A stretch of 64,000 bases of DNA from Cyanobacteriota bacterium (GCA_046045965.1 JBJOKS010000018.1:56297-120296), one strand, 5' to 3'. Positions 10,414 to 20,765 are shown, counted from the stretch's first letter. Translations and numbers: made by a program. Notes: a model not told the origin generated them from the sequence alone.

Positions 10414-10447
10414 TTTATACGCCAACAATTTGAGGAACTTGTGAGGA
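10414..10447 (-). promoter_or_regulatory. Second copy of the OmpR/PhoB-type box plus -10 element TATAAA, upstream of usp-hoxEFUYH
   Basis: 19-bp identity to 1741-1759; the same 10-nt spacing to a -10-like hexamer (10414-10419, minus strand). Confidence 0.65.
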
Positions 10448-10576
10448 TAGATGATTGGTATAGCAGGAGTTAGGTGTCAGAATAAAGATAACTGTTCCCT
10501 ATTTCTGGAGTTGTTTCATTTTTACTACCAATTTACTACCAATTTTTAAAACTACTAGATCAAGGAAGCTTTTAAA

Positions 10577-13500
10577 ATGAAAATTTTAGTGATCGAGGAT
10601 GACGAGTTAAATGCCTATGCACTCACCGCCGTTCTCACTGACCAAAATTATGCGGTAGAAGTGGCGACTGATGGTGATGCAGCCTGGGATTTAGTTGAAA
10701 CCTACGATTATGATTTAATACTTTTAGATGTCATTCTACCTAAGCTAGATGGTATTAGTTTATGCCGGAAAATTCGTTACAGTGGTCGGCAAGTACCAAT
10801 TTTATTATTAACAGGATGTGATAGCTCTCATGATAAAGCTATTGGCTTAGATGCAGGTGCAGATGATTATGTAGTGAAACCTTTTGATCAAGAAGAGCTA
10901 GTAGCCCGTGTTAGGGCATTATTACGACGGGGTAGCATCACCTCAAAACCTGTATTAGAGTGGGGTAATTTACGATTAGATCCCAGTAGCTGTGAAGTCA
11001 CATATCACCAAAACCTCCTCTCACTCACCCCAAAAGAGTACGCTTTGTTAGAACTTTTGATGCGAAATAATCGCCGCGTATTTAGCTGTGGGATGATTTT
11101 AGAACATCTTTGGTCCTATGAAGATACACCTGGAGAAGAAGCCGTTCGCACCCATATTAAAGGTTTACGCATGAAGCTCAAATCAGTGGGAGCGCCTCAT
11201 GATTTAGTAGAAACAGTATATGGGATTGGTTATCGTCTCAAAGCTCAGGAAGAAGGGGAGCAAAACGCAGGGAGCAAGGAGCAGGATACTAATTCAAAAT
11301 CTCAGCAAACTCTGACTGCTATTGGGGAAATTTGGCAGCGATTTCGTGGTCGGATAGAGGAGCAAGTTAGCATTATAGAACAAGCTACACAACAAGTTTT
11401 AAATCCAGTTTTAAATCCAGAATTGCTATCACAAGCTGCTAAAGAAGCCCACACATTAGCAGGTTCTTTAGGCACTTTTGGCTTGGCTTCAGGTTCAGAA
11501 TTAGCTAAAAAAATTGAGAATTTATGGAAATCTCCTAAAAATTTAACTGCAACTGACATAAATAACCTACAAAATTGGGTCAAGTTACTGCGTCAAGAAA
11601 TTGATAGTAAAAATCAGAAAAATCCACACCCTACAATTAATAGCTATCAACAGTCTTTAGTTGTTGAGGAAGAATTAGACCAAACAACAACCAAAGCGAA
11701 AATATTAGTAGTAGATGATGATCCACAAATTTTAGCATTATTACAAACATTCCTGACACCTTGGGGACTGGAGATTATTCCACTTAATGATCCTCTTCAA
11801 TTTTGGGAAACTTGGCAAAAAGTAAAGCCAGATATGCTGATTCTGGATGTAGAAATGCCTGGTAAAAATGGGATTGAATTATGTCAACTGATCCGCAACG
11901 ATCCCCAAGGAAGTGAGCTACCCATCTTGTTTCTCACAGTCCATAATGATGCAGAAATTGTGAATCAGGTGTTTAGCGCCGGTGCTGATGATTTTGTCAG
12001 CAAACCCATTATCGGTTCGGAACTGGTAAACCGCATCATTAACCGATTAGAACGAGTGAAACTCTTGAGAAGAATGGCACAAACCCGAAATCAACAAATT
12101 CATGAACTGGAAAATCAAACTCGATTTATTCAAGAAAGTTATCACAATTTAGTAGAAGTTTATCCAGACGCAATTTTTATTATCAGTGACAATAATTTTG
12201 TGTTTGTAAACAGCGCCGCAGTCACACTTTTTGGTGTTACTTCAATAGCAGAATTATTAGGTAAACCATTTCTCGACTTTGTACATCCCAATTACCAAGC
12301 TGGAATTAGGGAAAATCTCCAATACCTGAAAATAAATAAACAATCAATTCCCTTACATGAAGTTAAGTTTTTAAGGGTGGATGGGAGCGCCATTGATATA
12401 GAAATTGTCGCAGCAGATATTATTTACCAAGGTCAACCAGCATCCCAAATTGTCGCTCGTGATATTACTCAACGCAAGCAAACAGAATTAGCACTAAATA
12501 TAGCTAAGGACGAACTAGAATTAAGAGTTGTAGAACGCACTGCGGAGTTAATTACTGTTAATCATCAGTTGCAGTCTCAACTAGATGAACGACGACGTAC
12601 ACAGGAAGCTCTGCGAATTTCTCAAACTAGATTTGAAGGCATTTTGAGCATTGCTGATGATGCAATTATTTCTATTGATGGTAGTCAAATCATTACTTTA
12701 TTTAATCAAGGTGCAGAAAAGATTTTTGGTTATTCTGCTCAAGAAGTGCTAGGAGAAAAACTAGATTTACTATTACCGATGCGCTTTGCTGAACAACATC
12801 GCCATCATGTATCTGATTTTGGTAAAACTTCTAGTCCTGCTCGCAGAATGGGGGAAAGACGGGAAATATATGGTCGCCGCAAAGATGGTACTGAATTTCC
12901 CTCTGAGGCTTCTATTTCTAAATTAGATGTTGGTGAAGAATGTGTTTATACAGTTATATTGCGAGATATAACTGAACGCAAACAAGTGGAGAAAATGAAA
13001 GATGAGTTTGTCTCTGTTGTCAGTCATGAACTGCGTACTCCCCTAACTTCAATTCATGGATCTTTAGGAATGTTAGCTAGTGGGTTGTTACCAACAAACT
13101 CAGAACAAGGTAAACGCTTGCTACAAATTGCGACAGATAGCACTGAACGTTTGGTGAGGTTAATTAATGATATTCTCGACATTGAGCGCATCGAGTCGGG
13201 TCAGGTAAAAATGGAGCGCGAAAATTGCAATCTGGAGGATCTAATTAAGTCGGCTGTGAATATTATGCAGCCTCTGTCCAATAAAGCTGGAGTAAATTTA
13301 TCTATTTCTAATTTATCTGTACAACTCTGGGCTGATCCAGATCGAATTATCCAAACTTTGACTAATTTGTTGAGTAATGCCATTAAATTTTCTGCTTCTG
13401 GTTCTACGGTTTCATTGATGACGGAACTAAAAGAGAATGAGGTTTTAGTGATCGTCAAAGATACCGGCAGGGGAATACCCGCTGATAAGCTAGATAGTAT

Positions 13501-14482
13501 TTTTGAAAGGTTTCAACAAGTTGATTCTTCAGATTCTCGCAACCACGAAGGTACTGGTTTAGGTTTGGCTATTTCTAAGAGCATTGTACAGCAGCACGGT
13601 GGAGAAATATGGGTAGAAAGTGAGTTAAACACAGGTAGTAATTTTTATTTTACCCTGCCAATTTGCGAGATTTTTCACAATGCTGAATCAGAAAATTCTG
13701 CGGATGAAGAAATGCTAATTGCTAATCAGTATTCTCCTTTAGTTTTAGTTTGTGATGACGATGTTGTGATCCGCAATGAATTACAAAAATTGTTGGAACA
13801 AGGAGGATATCGGGTGATCACGGTAGATAGGGGTGAAGAAGCGATCGCTCAAGCAGTTTCTCAACATCCAGATGTGATTTTACTAGATTTACTCATGCCA
13901 GGTATGAATGGCTGGGAAACAATGGCACTATTAAAAGAAAGCTCAGATACTCAGGATATACCTATTGTGATTTGTAGTGTCTACAAACCCAGTCAAAGTA
14001 ATCCATCAAATGCTGATTTTGTAGATTGGTTAAGTAAGCCAGTAGAAGAAAACTCTCTATTAAATTCCTTGAGAAAAGTGATATCTGAACCTTCTCGAAA
14101 AGCGAGAATTTTAATTGTTGAGGATGATAATGATCTGGCTGATTTATTAGCAACTTTGTTTGAGAGACATGATATTGAAACTTTCATCGCTAAAACTGGT
14201 AGGGAAGCTATTCATCTCAGTCAAAAAATCAATCCTGATTTACTAATTCTTGATTTAATTTTGCCTGAAAGTGATGGTTTTACAGTTGTGGATTGGTTAA
14301 AACAACATAATCACCTTTTTAGTATTCCCGTGGTTGTTTATTCTGCTAAGGATTTGGATGATTCGGAACGCCATAGATTAAAATTAGGACATACAGAATT
14401 TTTGACTAAAGGACGAGTTACTACCCAGGAATTTGAACAACGCGTGATGGATCTGCTCCAAAGAATGACTCAAAATCATTGA
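10577..14482 (+). CDS. Multidomain hybrid: REC - OmpR wHTH - HPt - REC - PAS - PAS (heme-like) - HisKA - HATPase - REC - REC
   Basis: LLDVILP...GADDYVVKPF; LTPKEY.LLE...VRTHIKGLR.KL...ETVYGIGY; EAHTLAGSLGTFG; SHELRTPL; NLLSNAIKF, DTGRGIP, GTGLGLAI; four Asp-containing receiver domains. Confidence 0.93.
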   Translation: MKILVIEDDELNAYALTAVLTDQNYAVEVATDGDAAWDLVETYDYDLILLDVILPKLDGISLCRKIRYSGRQVPILLLTGCDSSHDKAIGLDAGADDYVVKPFDQEELVARVRALLRRGSITSKPVLEWGNLRLDPSSCEVTYHQNLLSLTPKEYALLELLMRNNRRVFSCGMILEHLWSYEDTPGEEAVRTHIKGLRMKLKSVGAPHDLVETVYGIGYRLKAQEEGEQNAGSKEQDTNSKSQQTLTAIGEIWQRFRGRIEEQVSIIEQATQQVLNPVLNPELLSQAAKEAHTLAGSLGTFGLASGSELAKKIENLWKSPKNLTATDINNLQNWVKLLRQEIDSKNQKNPHPTINSYQQSLVVEEELDQTTTKAKILVVDDDPQILALLQTFLTPWGLEIIPLNDPLQFWETWQKVKPDMLILDVEMPGKNGIELCQLIRNDPQGSELPILFLTVHNDAEIVNQVFSAGADDFVSKPIIGSELVNRIINRLERVKLLRRMAQTRNQQIHELENQTRFIQESYHNLVEVYPDAIFIISDNNFVFVNSAAVTLFGVTSIAELLGKPFLDFVHPNYQAGIRENLQYLKINKQSIPLHEVKFLRVDGSAIDIEIVAADIIYQGQPASQIVARDITQRKQTELALNIAKDELELRVVERTAELITVNHQLQSQLDERRRTQEALRISQTRFEGILSIADDAIISIDGSQIITLFNQGAEKIFGYSAQEVLGEKLDLLLPMRFAEQHRHHVSDFGKTSSPARRMGERREIYGRRKDGTEFPSEASISKLDVGEECVYTVILRDITERKQVEKMKDEFVSVVSHELRTPLTSIHGSLGMLASGLLPTNSEQGKRLLQIATDSTERLVRLINDILDIERIESGQVKMERENCNLEDLIKSAVNIMQPLSNKAGVNLSISNLSVQLWADPDRIIQTLTNLLSNAIKFSASGSTVSLMTELKENEVLVIVKDTGRGIPADKLDSIFERFQQVDSSDSRNHEGTGLGLAISKSIVQQHGGEIWVESELNTGSNFYFTLPICEIFHNAESENSADEEMLIANQYSPLVLVCDDDVVIRNELQKLLEQGGYRVITVDRGEEAIAQAVSQHPDVILLDLLMPGMNGWETMALLKESSDTQDIPIVICSVYKPSQSNPSNADFVDWLSKPVEENSLLNSLRKVISEPSRKARILIVEDDNDLADLLATLFERHDIETFIAKTGREAIHLSQKINPDLLILDLILPESDGFTVVDWLKQHNHLFSIPVVVYSAKDLDDSERHRLKLGHTEFLTKGRVTTQEFEQRVMDLLQRMTQNH

Positions 14483-14567
14483 ATAAGGCAGGAAGTAGAT
14501 AATTAAAATGATGTTATAATCTACTTTTAATTATCTAAAATCTAAAATTTATCAGGAGATAGGAATA

Positions 14568-14954
14568 ATGACAAAAAAGCAAATTTTAGTAGTTGATAAT
14601 GAGCCGTATATTCAAGAAATAGCTAAAATTTGTTTGGAAACTGTTGCCGGTTGGGAAGTGCTGACTGCTAGTTCTGGTCAAGAGGGAATAGTACAAGCAG
14701 AAAATCATCAACCAGATGCGATTTTATTAGATGTAATGATGCCGGATATGGATGGAATTGCTGCTTTTGAAAATTTACAAGCAAATCCAAATACAAAAGA
14801 AATTCCGGTGATTTTGTTAACTGCAAAAATCCAAGTTGCTGACCGTCGTCGTTATGCTCAGTTGGGAATAAAAAGTGCGATCGCTAAACCATTTAATCCT
14901 CTAGAATTAGCAGGACAAGTAGCAGCAGCTTTGGGTTGGAATTTGGAAAATTAA
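14568..14954 (+). CDS. Single-domain (CheY-like) response regulator
   Basis: ILVVDN, LLDVMMPDMDG, LLTA, AKPF; AGGAG RBS; directly downstream of the hybrid kinase. Confidence 0.93.
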   Translation: MTKKQILVVDNEPYIQEIAKICLETVAGWEVLTASSGQEGIVQAENHQPDAILLDVMMPDMDGIAAFENLQANPNTKEIPVILLTAKIQVADRRRYAQLGIKSAIAKPFNPLELAGQVAAALGWNLEN

Positions 14955-14964
14955 ATGAAACTAA

Positions 14965-14995
<31 letters not shown>

Positions 14996-15016
14996 ATTCT
15001 GACTCCTGCTGTATAG

Positions 15017-15739
15017 TCATTCAGATAACGACATCGCGTGTAAATGCAATTCCTTTTCCTCAATTGGTGCTAGATAATATTTAAACCATTGACTCGCTAA
15101 TCTTCCTACTTCCTCCATCGCACCAGGTTCACTAAACTTGTGACTAGCTTCAGGAATAATCTCTAGTTGTTTATGCTGGGTGGGAATTTCTGCGATCGCA
15201 TCCTCGTTCATGGCCATTATCGCACAATCATTACCACCAACAATCAACAAAGTTGGAACTTGGATATAGCAAAGGCTTTCGCTTACCAAATCAGTATAAC
15301 CACTACGACAAACAATTGCTCCCACATTCATAGGACGAGCTAATGCAGCTAAAAATACTGCTCCACTACCTCTATTTACACCAAAGTAACCAACTTTTAA
15401 ATCACGAGTAACTGGATTTTCAAACAACCAGTCTGTGACGGTAATTAACCGCGAAGCCATAAACTTAATATCATGTCGAAAATGCTGAGTACGTTGATCA
15501 ATTGCATCTTCCTCTTCAGTCAATAAATCAATTAATATAGTTGCTAATCCTTCCTGCTGACGCAACAAATGGGCTAAATAATGATTGCGGGTACTATAGC
15601 GGCTGCTACCACTACAATGGGCAAATACAACTATTCCCTTAGCTTCTGGGGGTACAACTAATTCTCCTTTGAGTCGCAGCATTCCTAGCTCAATGCTAAC
15701 TATTTGTTCTAAAATATTCCAAGATTGTTTATTATTCAT
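15017..15739 (-). CDS. Dienelactone hydrolase-like alpha/beta hydrolase (PRTase-associated), with a degenerate catalytic motif
   Basis: GIVVFAHCSGSSRYS.RN, DLLT.EE, GYFGVNRG in place of the usual GYFGASTG, PTLLIVGG.D, ASH.F.EPG. Confidence 0.8.
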   Translation of the reverse strand: MNNKQSWNILEQIVSIELGMLRLKGELVVPPEAKGIVVFAHCSGSSRYSTRNHYLAHLLRQQEGLATILIDLLTEEEDAIDQRTQHFRHDIKFMASRLITVTDWLFENPVTRDLKVGYFGVNRGSGAVFLAALARPMNVGAIVCRSGYTDLVSESLCYIQVPTLLIVGGNDCAIMAMNEDAIAEIPTQHKQLEIIPEASHKFSEPGAMEEVGRLASQWFKYYLAPIEEKELHLHAMSLSE

Positions 15740-15822
15740 GGGTTTAACCTTTTAGGTAATAGGTAATAGGTAATCGGTAATCGGTAATCATCAATATCAA
15801 AAAGCAATTAAAAATCTAAAAT

Positions 15823-16464
15823 CTAAAATCTAAAATCTAAAATCTCCTGTACTTCTTCATCAGTAGTTTGGGAAAAATCTTCATACCACACACCAATAGC
15901 AGACAGATTTTCTGGGGTTTGCAAACACACTATTTCATCTACTTCTGACTGCAATTGTTCGTAAGTGCTTGCCGGCGCAACTGGAACTGCAACAACAATT
16001 TTTTTAGGTTTTTGTTGTTTAAGAATAGCAATAGCAGCACGCATGGTTGAACCAGTAGCAATACCATCATCTATCAAAATTACTATTTTATCTTTGACGT
16101 TTATAGGTGGAGCATTCCCCCGATAAGTGCGATCGCGTCGCTGTAATTCTTGCAATTCCTCAGCAGCAACTATCTGAATAGCTTCTCTATCAATTCCCAA
16201 AGTGTTGATCACATTGTAATTTAGTACCCCTATTCCCCCAGAAGCGATCGCCCCCATTGCTAATTCTTTCTGTCCAGGTACACCGAGTTTTCTGACTATA
16301 CAGATATCTAAAGGCGCATTTAAAGCTTTGGCTACTTCAAACGCAACCGGCACACCCCCACGAGGCAAACCTAATACCAACAAGTTTTCTTGGTTAGTAT
16401 AATCTCTGAGATGGTGAACTAACATTTGTCCTGCTTCCGTGCGGTTACGAAATCTCAACACCAT
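15823..16464 (-). CDS. Phosphoribosyltransferase (type I PRTase)
   Basis: LGLPRGGVPVA, VRKLG.PGQ.ELA.GA, ILIDDGIATGST; GGAGG RBS before ATG 16464. Confidence 0.92.
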   Translation of the reverse strand: MVLRFRNRTEAGQMLVHHLRDYTNQENLLVLGLPRGGVPVAFEVAKALNAPLDICIVRKLGVPGQKELAMGAIASGGIGVLNYNVINTLGIDREAIQIVAAEELQELQRRDRTYRGNAPPINVKDKIVILIDDGIATGSTMRAAIAILKQQKPKKIVVAVPVAPASTYEQLQSEVDEIVCLQTPENLSAIGVWYEDFSQTTDEEVQEILDFRF

Positions 16465-16716
16465 CACTATCACCTCCTGGTACTAATTTTAGATTTTAGA
16501 TTTTAGATTTTTAGATTTAAAATTACTGTTTTATCTTGATAATTCACTATTACCCATTACCAGCATAAACAGATGTTATAACTATTCAAACGTACATAAT
16601 ACAAGAATTCAAAATACAGAACCCATCATCATACTCAAGCATAATTTCACTATCATGATTATTATTTTTTATAAACTCTCGAATCTGTTAATTGAATTCC
16701 TGATTTTACAAATATT

Positions 16717-16755
<39 letters not shown>

Positions 16756-16917
16756 ATTCTTACAACAAAATTACAATAATTATTAAAATCCATCTGATGA
16801 GTTATTATTGCTGCATATTTTCAAAAAATTGATTAATATGGCCAATATAGCCCAAGCCATGTCAGATAAAAACCACAATAGGTATAGATTTGAGATACTC
16901 CCCAAGGAATATGAACT

Positions 16918-17445
16918 ATGTTTAACAAAATTTTAGTTGCTCTCGACAACTCTGCCAGCAGTCAGTATATTTTTGAGCAAGCCCTATTTTTAGCCAAAGC
17001 CAGTGAGGCAGAAATGATGTTGCTTCACGTTTTATCTCCTTTAGAAGATCCTTATATCAACCCGATATTTTTGCAGCCAGAAACTATATATCCCACCTTG
17101 CACACTGAAACCATTAATCAATATTTGCAAGCTTGGGATCAACTCAAGCAAGATAGACTAGATTGGATGCGATCGCTAACTCAAACAGCAGTTAATACAG
17201 GTGTCAAAACTGAATTTACTCAAACTGTAGGTGATGCAGGCCGCATTATCTGTGAAATAGCTTTAAGTTGCCCAGCTGACTTAATTATAGTCGGTCGCAG
17301 GGGACGTACTGGTATCAGTGAAGTTTTTTTAGGCAGCGTTAGCAACTACGTTTTACATCATGCTCATTGTTCAGTTCTCACCATCCAAGGCTTAATTCCC
17401 CTCATCACACCAAACACCGAAACCACCCAAGTAGCTTCCACGTAA
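16918..17445 (+). CDS. Universal stress protein (paralogue of 9754-10251)
   Basis: MFNKILVALD ... ADLIIVGRRG...LGSVSNYVLHHA. Confidence 0.93.
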   Translation: MFNKILVALDNSASSQYIFEQALFLAKASEAEMMLLHVLSPLEDPYINPIFLQPETIYPTLHTETINQYLQAWDQLKQDRLDWMRSLTQTAVNTGVKTEFTQTVGDAGRIICEIALSCPADLIIVGRRGRTGISEVFLGSVSNYVLHHAHCSVLTIQGLIPLITPNTETTQVAST

Positions 17446-17667
17446 AAAGATCACAATTTTTTAATTTTTAATAAATGCACATAGAGACAAAATGAGGAAT
17501 TTACGTCTGTAGGCAATAAACCGCCATTGGACTTAGTTACAGCAAGAAGCAAACTTCAAAATGCTCTATTTGTTGAGATAGGAGTGATTTGTATAACTTT
17601 TGTGTTGCACTATACTAGACATTAGCAATTTATCAAAGACATCCAAATTTAAAATCTCGAGGTATCA

Positions 17668-18354
17668 ATGAATTTTACTAAACTTAACCAGAAAACAAAC
17701 GAATATAAAGAACTTAAAGAAAAGCCACATTGGCAAGGGCCACCCGCAATCAAAAACACTGTCAAAGGTCGAGATATCAAGCCACAAGAGACTATTAACG
17801 ACATGAGCATTGGAGATGATCTCAATCGCGGTAGAGTAGCCATTTTCATTGATGGCTTAAGCTTATTTCACGCTGCCTTGCAACTAGGCATTGAAATTGA
17901 CTATGTTAAACTACTTTGTCGTTTAACTCAAACCTCTCGTCTGTTACGCGCTTTCTTTTATACTGGAGTCGATGCCAGCAAAGAAAAACAACAAGGGTTT
18001 TTGCTGTGGATGCGTCGCAACGGCTATCGTGTAGTGACCAAAGATATACTTGCAGTTGCCGAAAATGGCAAAAAACCCAACCTTAATGTAGAAATTGCCG
18101 TTGATATGATTACCCTAGCTCCCTACTATGATACGGCTGTATTAGTCAGTGGGGATGGAGATTTAGCCTATGCTGTCAATGCTGTCAGCAGCTTGGGATC
18201 TAGGGTGGAAGTAATTGGACTGCAAAGCATGACTAGTGATAGCCTGATTGATGTGGCGGATTACTTCGTTGATTTTGACAGTATTAAACAATACATTCAA
18301 AAAGATGCTCAGGTCGGCTATACCTATCGTTCTTCGTCCAATTCCCAACTTTAA
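17668..18354 (+). CDS. NYN/LabA (DUF88) PIN-like domain protein
   Basis: RVAIFIDG, FFYTGVD, VEIAVDM, LVSGDGD; start uncertain. Confidence 0.85.
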   Translation: MNFTKLNQKTNEYKELKEKPHWQGPPAIKNTVKGRDIKPQETINDMSIGDDLNRGRVAIFIDGLSLFHAALQLGIEIDYVKLLCRLTQTSRLLRAFFYTGVDASKEKQQGFLLWMRRNGYRVVTKDILAVAENGKKPNLNVEIAVDMITLAPYYDTAVLVSGDGDLAYAVNAVSSLGSRVEVIGLQSMTSDSLIDVADYFVDFDSIKQYIQKDAQVGYTYRSSSNSQL

Positions 18355-18764
18355 CTTTAAATTCCCATTTAAGTTAGTAATTGCTCCTGGTTTTTAATGT
18401 AAATATCTTTACCGCCATTGAGTCTTTTCTCAACTGCCTGATTCTACTACATCAATGTAGAATGTAGTAAATGCTGCATTTTATTTGCCACTTTTTTAGA
18501 TGTGTGCTATACCAAGGTGAGAATAGCTAATTAACATCTCACTGTATAATTACTATCCTCATCAGCAAAAATTTAAGTCCAGTACAATTATTGCTTAAGG
18601 TGCTTTGAGTATGGGATTTAAATTGATTGAATTGATAAATGTATAGTTAGTATCAAAGTTATTCAAGATCAAAGTCTGTTTACAAACACATCCATTTCCA
18701 CCCCACAAACTATACTAAGAACTTTAATAGAACAATCCTTGCTGGAGATCACATAATCTAAGGA

Positions 18765-19052
18765 GTGCAAACAGTGACTCAGATCCAATTGACTTTAGTG
18801 ATTAGTTACCTGCTAATGACTTGCTATTTTTTTACCAATTGGTTAAGATTTTCCTTTCGTCACCCTGCATCTACTCCAGAAGATAAATTTTTAGCTTTGA
18901 TCATGTCTTTAATAACTACTATCTTCTGGCCTCTCATTATTCCTCTATCTTGTTTCAAAATCCTGAAAAATCGCAAGTTAGAATCTAGTACAGTAATTCC
19001 TGTGCTTTTAGCTATATGTGCTGTGAGTATTTCCTACTATTTCAGTTTTTAA
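18765..19052 (+). CDS. Small membrane protein of unknown function
   Basis: AAGGA upstream of GTG; three hydrophobic segments; FWPL motif. Confidence 0.6.
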   Translation: MQTVTQIQLTLVISYLLMTCYFFTNWLRFSFRHPASTPEDKFLALIMSLITTIFWPLIIPLSCFKILKNRKLESSTVIPVLLAICAVSISYYFSF

Positions 19053-19076
19053 TATTTGGCCAAATTTACGACTAAA

Positions 19077-19093
19077 GGCGGGATCATCCCGCC
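19077..19093. terminator. Hairpin between convergent genes
   Basis: GGCGGGAT-C-ATCCCGCC, followed by TTT on the minus strand. Confidence 0.5.
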
Positions 19094-19190
19094 CCCAATT
19101 CTCAAATATTGCCATGGACAGGGTTGTTAGGACATCAATTGATAATGAAACTCCCACTAAAAAAGGTTTTTACTCCTGACTCCTGTTATA

Positions 19191-20429
19191 TTATTGAACA
19201 TTAGTGGGAAAAGTACCAGGTCTGACAGCAATATTGATATTTTGTCCATTACGACGCAAATCTAAACGCAAATTACCGCCAATTTGTGCTTTTTCTACCG
19301 CTTTCTGGACAGCAGCAGCATCTGTAATTGATTCACCATTCAGCTTTTGAATCACATCCCCAGCACGTATTCCCGCTTTGAATGCCGGTGAATCAGGCAT
19401 CACTTTAACTATTAATACGCCTTGATTTTCATTCACAGTTAAACCACTGTTGGGATCTGAATTAATACGTTGTCTTAACTCAGGTGTTATACCCACCATC
19501 TGAATTCCTAAATATGGATGTTGAGCTTTACCTGTGCTGATTAGTTGATTAGAGATCCGTTGTGCTGTGTTGATGGGAATAGAAAATCCTAAGCCCTGCG
19601 CTCCTTGAATTATAGCCGTATTCATGCCAATCACTTCCCCACGAGCATTCAGCAACGGACCGCCAGAGTTACCAGGGTTAATTGCTGCGTCGGTTTGAAT
19701 AAATTCAACTCGCTTATCAGGAACACCAACCTGGTTGCTAGAGCGTCCAGTGGCGCTGATAATGCCTGTAGTGACTGTATTATCTAACCCCAGGGGATTA
19801 CCAATAGCGATCGCCCATTGTCCCGGTTGTAGCTGATCAGAATTACCCAAAGTTACAGTTGGTAAATTATTCGCCTCAATCTTCACCACCGCCACATCAG
19901 TTAATTCATCTCTCCCTACTACTTTACCTTGAAAGGTACGTCCATCCTTCAGCGTCACAGTCACCTGATCCGCACCTTCTACTACATGAGCATTAGTAAG
20001 AATACGACCATCACCACTAATGATGAAACCTGAACCAGCACCCCGTTCTACTCGGTTTCTTCCTTGAGTTGGTAATTGTGAGCCAAAAAAGCGGCGGAAA
20101 AAGGGATCATTAAATTCTTCCGGTATCCTGCTTTGAACAGTACGAGAAGAATTAATTCGCACCACCGCAGGTCCCACTTTCTGCACTACTTGAGTCACAA
20201 AATTAGGATCTGTGTTGCCTGGTAATGGCGGCGCTGCGTTTACTCTCCCCACAGCTAGTTTAGATGCACTTTCAGCCATATTCTGTTGGTTATTTGCTAG
20301 ATAGCCACCAGCAAAAGTCATTCCTGAACCTAACAACACCAAGGATAAAGAAGCCGCTGCTTTTTTCCAAGGTGCATGATCATGGCTTTTTGCTAACAGA
20401 TTATCTTTGTCTTGTGGTTGGTTTTGCAT
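19191..20429 (-). CDS. HtrA/Deg family serine protease with PDZ domain (HhoA/HhoB-like)
   Basis: GSGFII, TNAHVV, DVAVVK, IQTDAAINPGNSGGPL, C-terminal PDZ. Confidence 0.95.
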   Translation of the reverse strand: MQNQPQDKDNLLAKSHDHAPWKKAAASLSLVLLGSGMTFAGGYLANNQQNMAESASKLAVGRVNAAPPLPGNTDPNFVTQVVQKVGPAVVRINSSRTVQSRIPEEFNDPFFRRFFGSQLPTQGRNRVERGAGSGFIISGDGRILTNAHVVEGADQVTVTLKDGRTFQGKVVGRDELTDVAVVKIEANNLPTVTLGNSDQLQPGQWAIAIGNPLGLDNTVTTGIISATGRSSNQVGVPDKRVEFIQTDAAINPGNSGGPLLNARGEVIGMNTAIIQGAQGLGFSIPINTAQRISNQLISTGKAQHPYLGIQMVGITPELRQRINSDPNSGLTVNENQGVLIVKVMPDSPAFKAGIRAGDVIQKLNGESITDAAAVQKAVEKAQIGGNLRLDLRRNGQNINIAVRPGTFPTNVQ

Positions 20430-20701
20430 TTTTTGTCTAGAAGGATATTAAGGATATTTAGAGCTATTACTAATGTAGATATTTTTTTGGCTGATTTTGT
20501 TGCCCAATTCTAGCATTATCAGCTTTTTGGCCGCTCTCGATCAGCATCAGTCTTTAGATAGATACACCGACAAATGTAAATTTTTCCAAAAAATTAATAA
20601 AATCTGTTAAGATTATAACAACTTTACCAATTTCACTATACAAGACCTACCCAGATTGAGAATTCGGGAAACCGGATAGAAGTTTGTTAAAAATTCACAC
20701 C

Positions 20702-20752
20702 TTGACAAACTCATATCTCTGTATTTAACATAAAATAACGACCGTTCGATAT
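20702..20752 (+). promoter_or_regulatory. Putative sigma70 promoter and TetR operator
   Basis: TTGACA (20702)-18 nt-TAACAT, then the imperfect palindrome ATAACGACCGTTCGATAT (14/18 self-complementary) just before tetR. Confidence 0.5.
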
Positions 20753-20765
20753 AAAAACTGAACCT

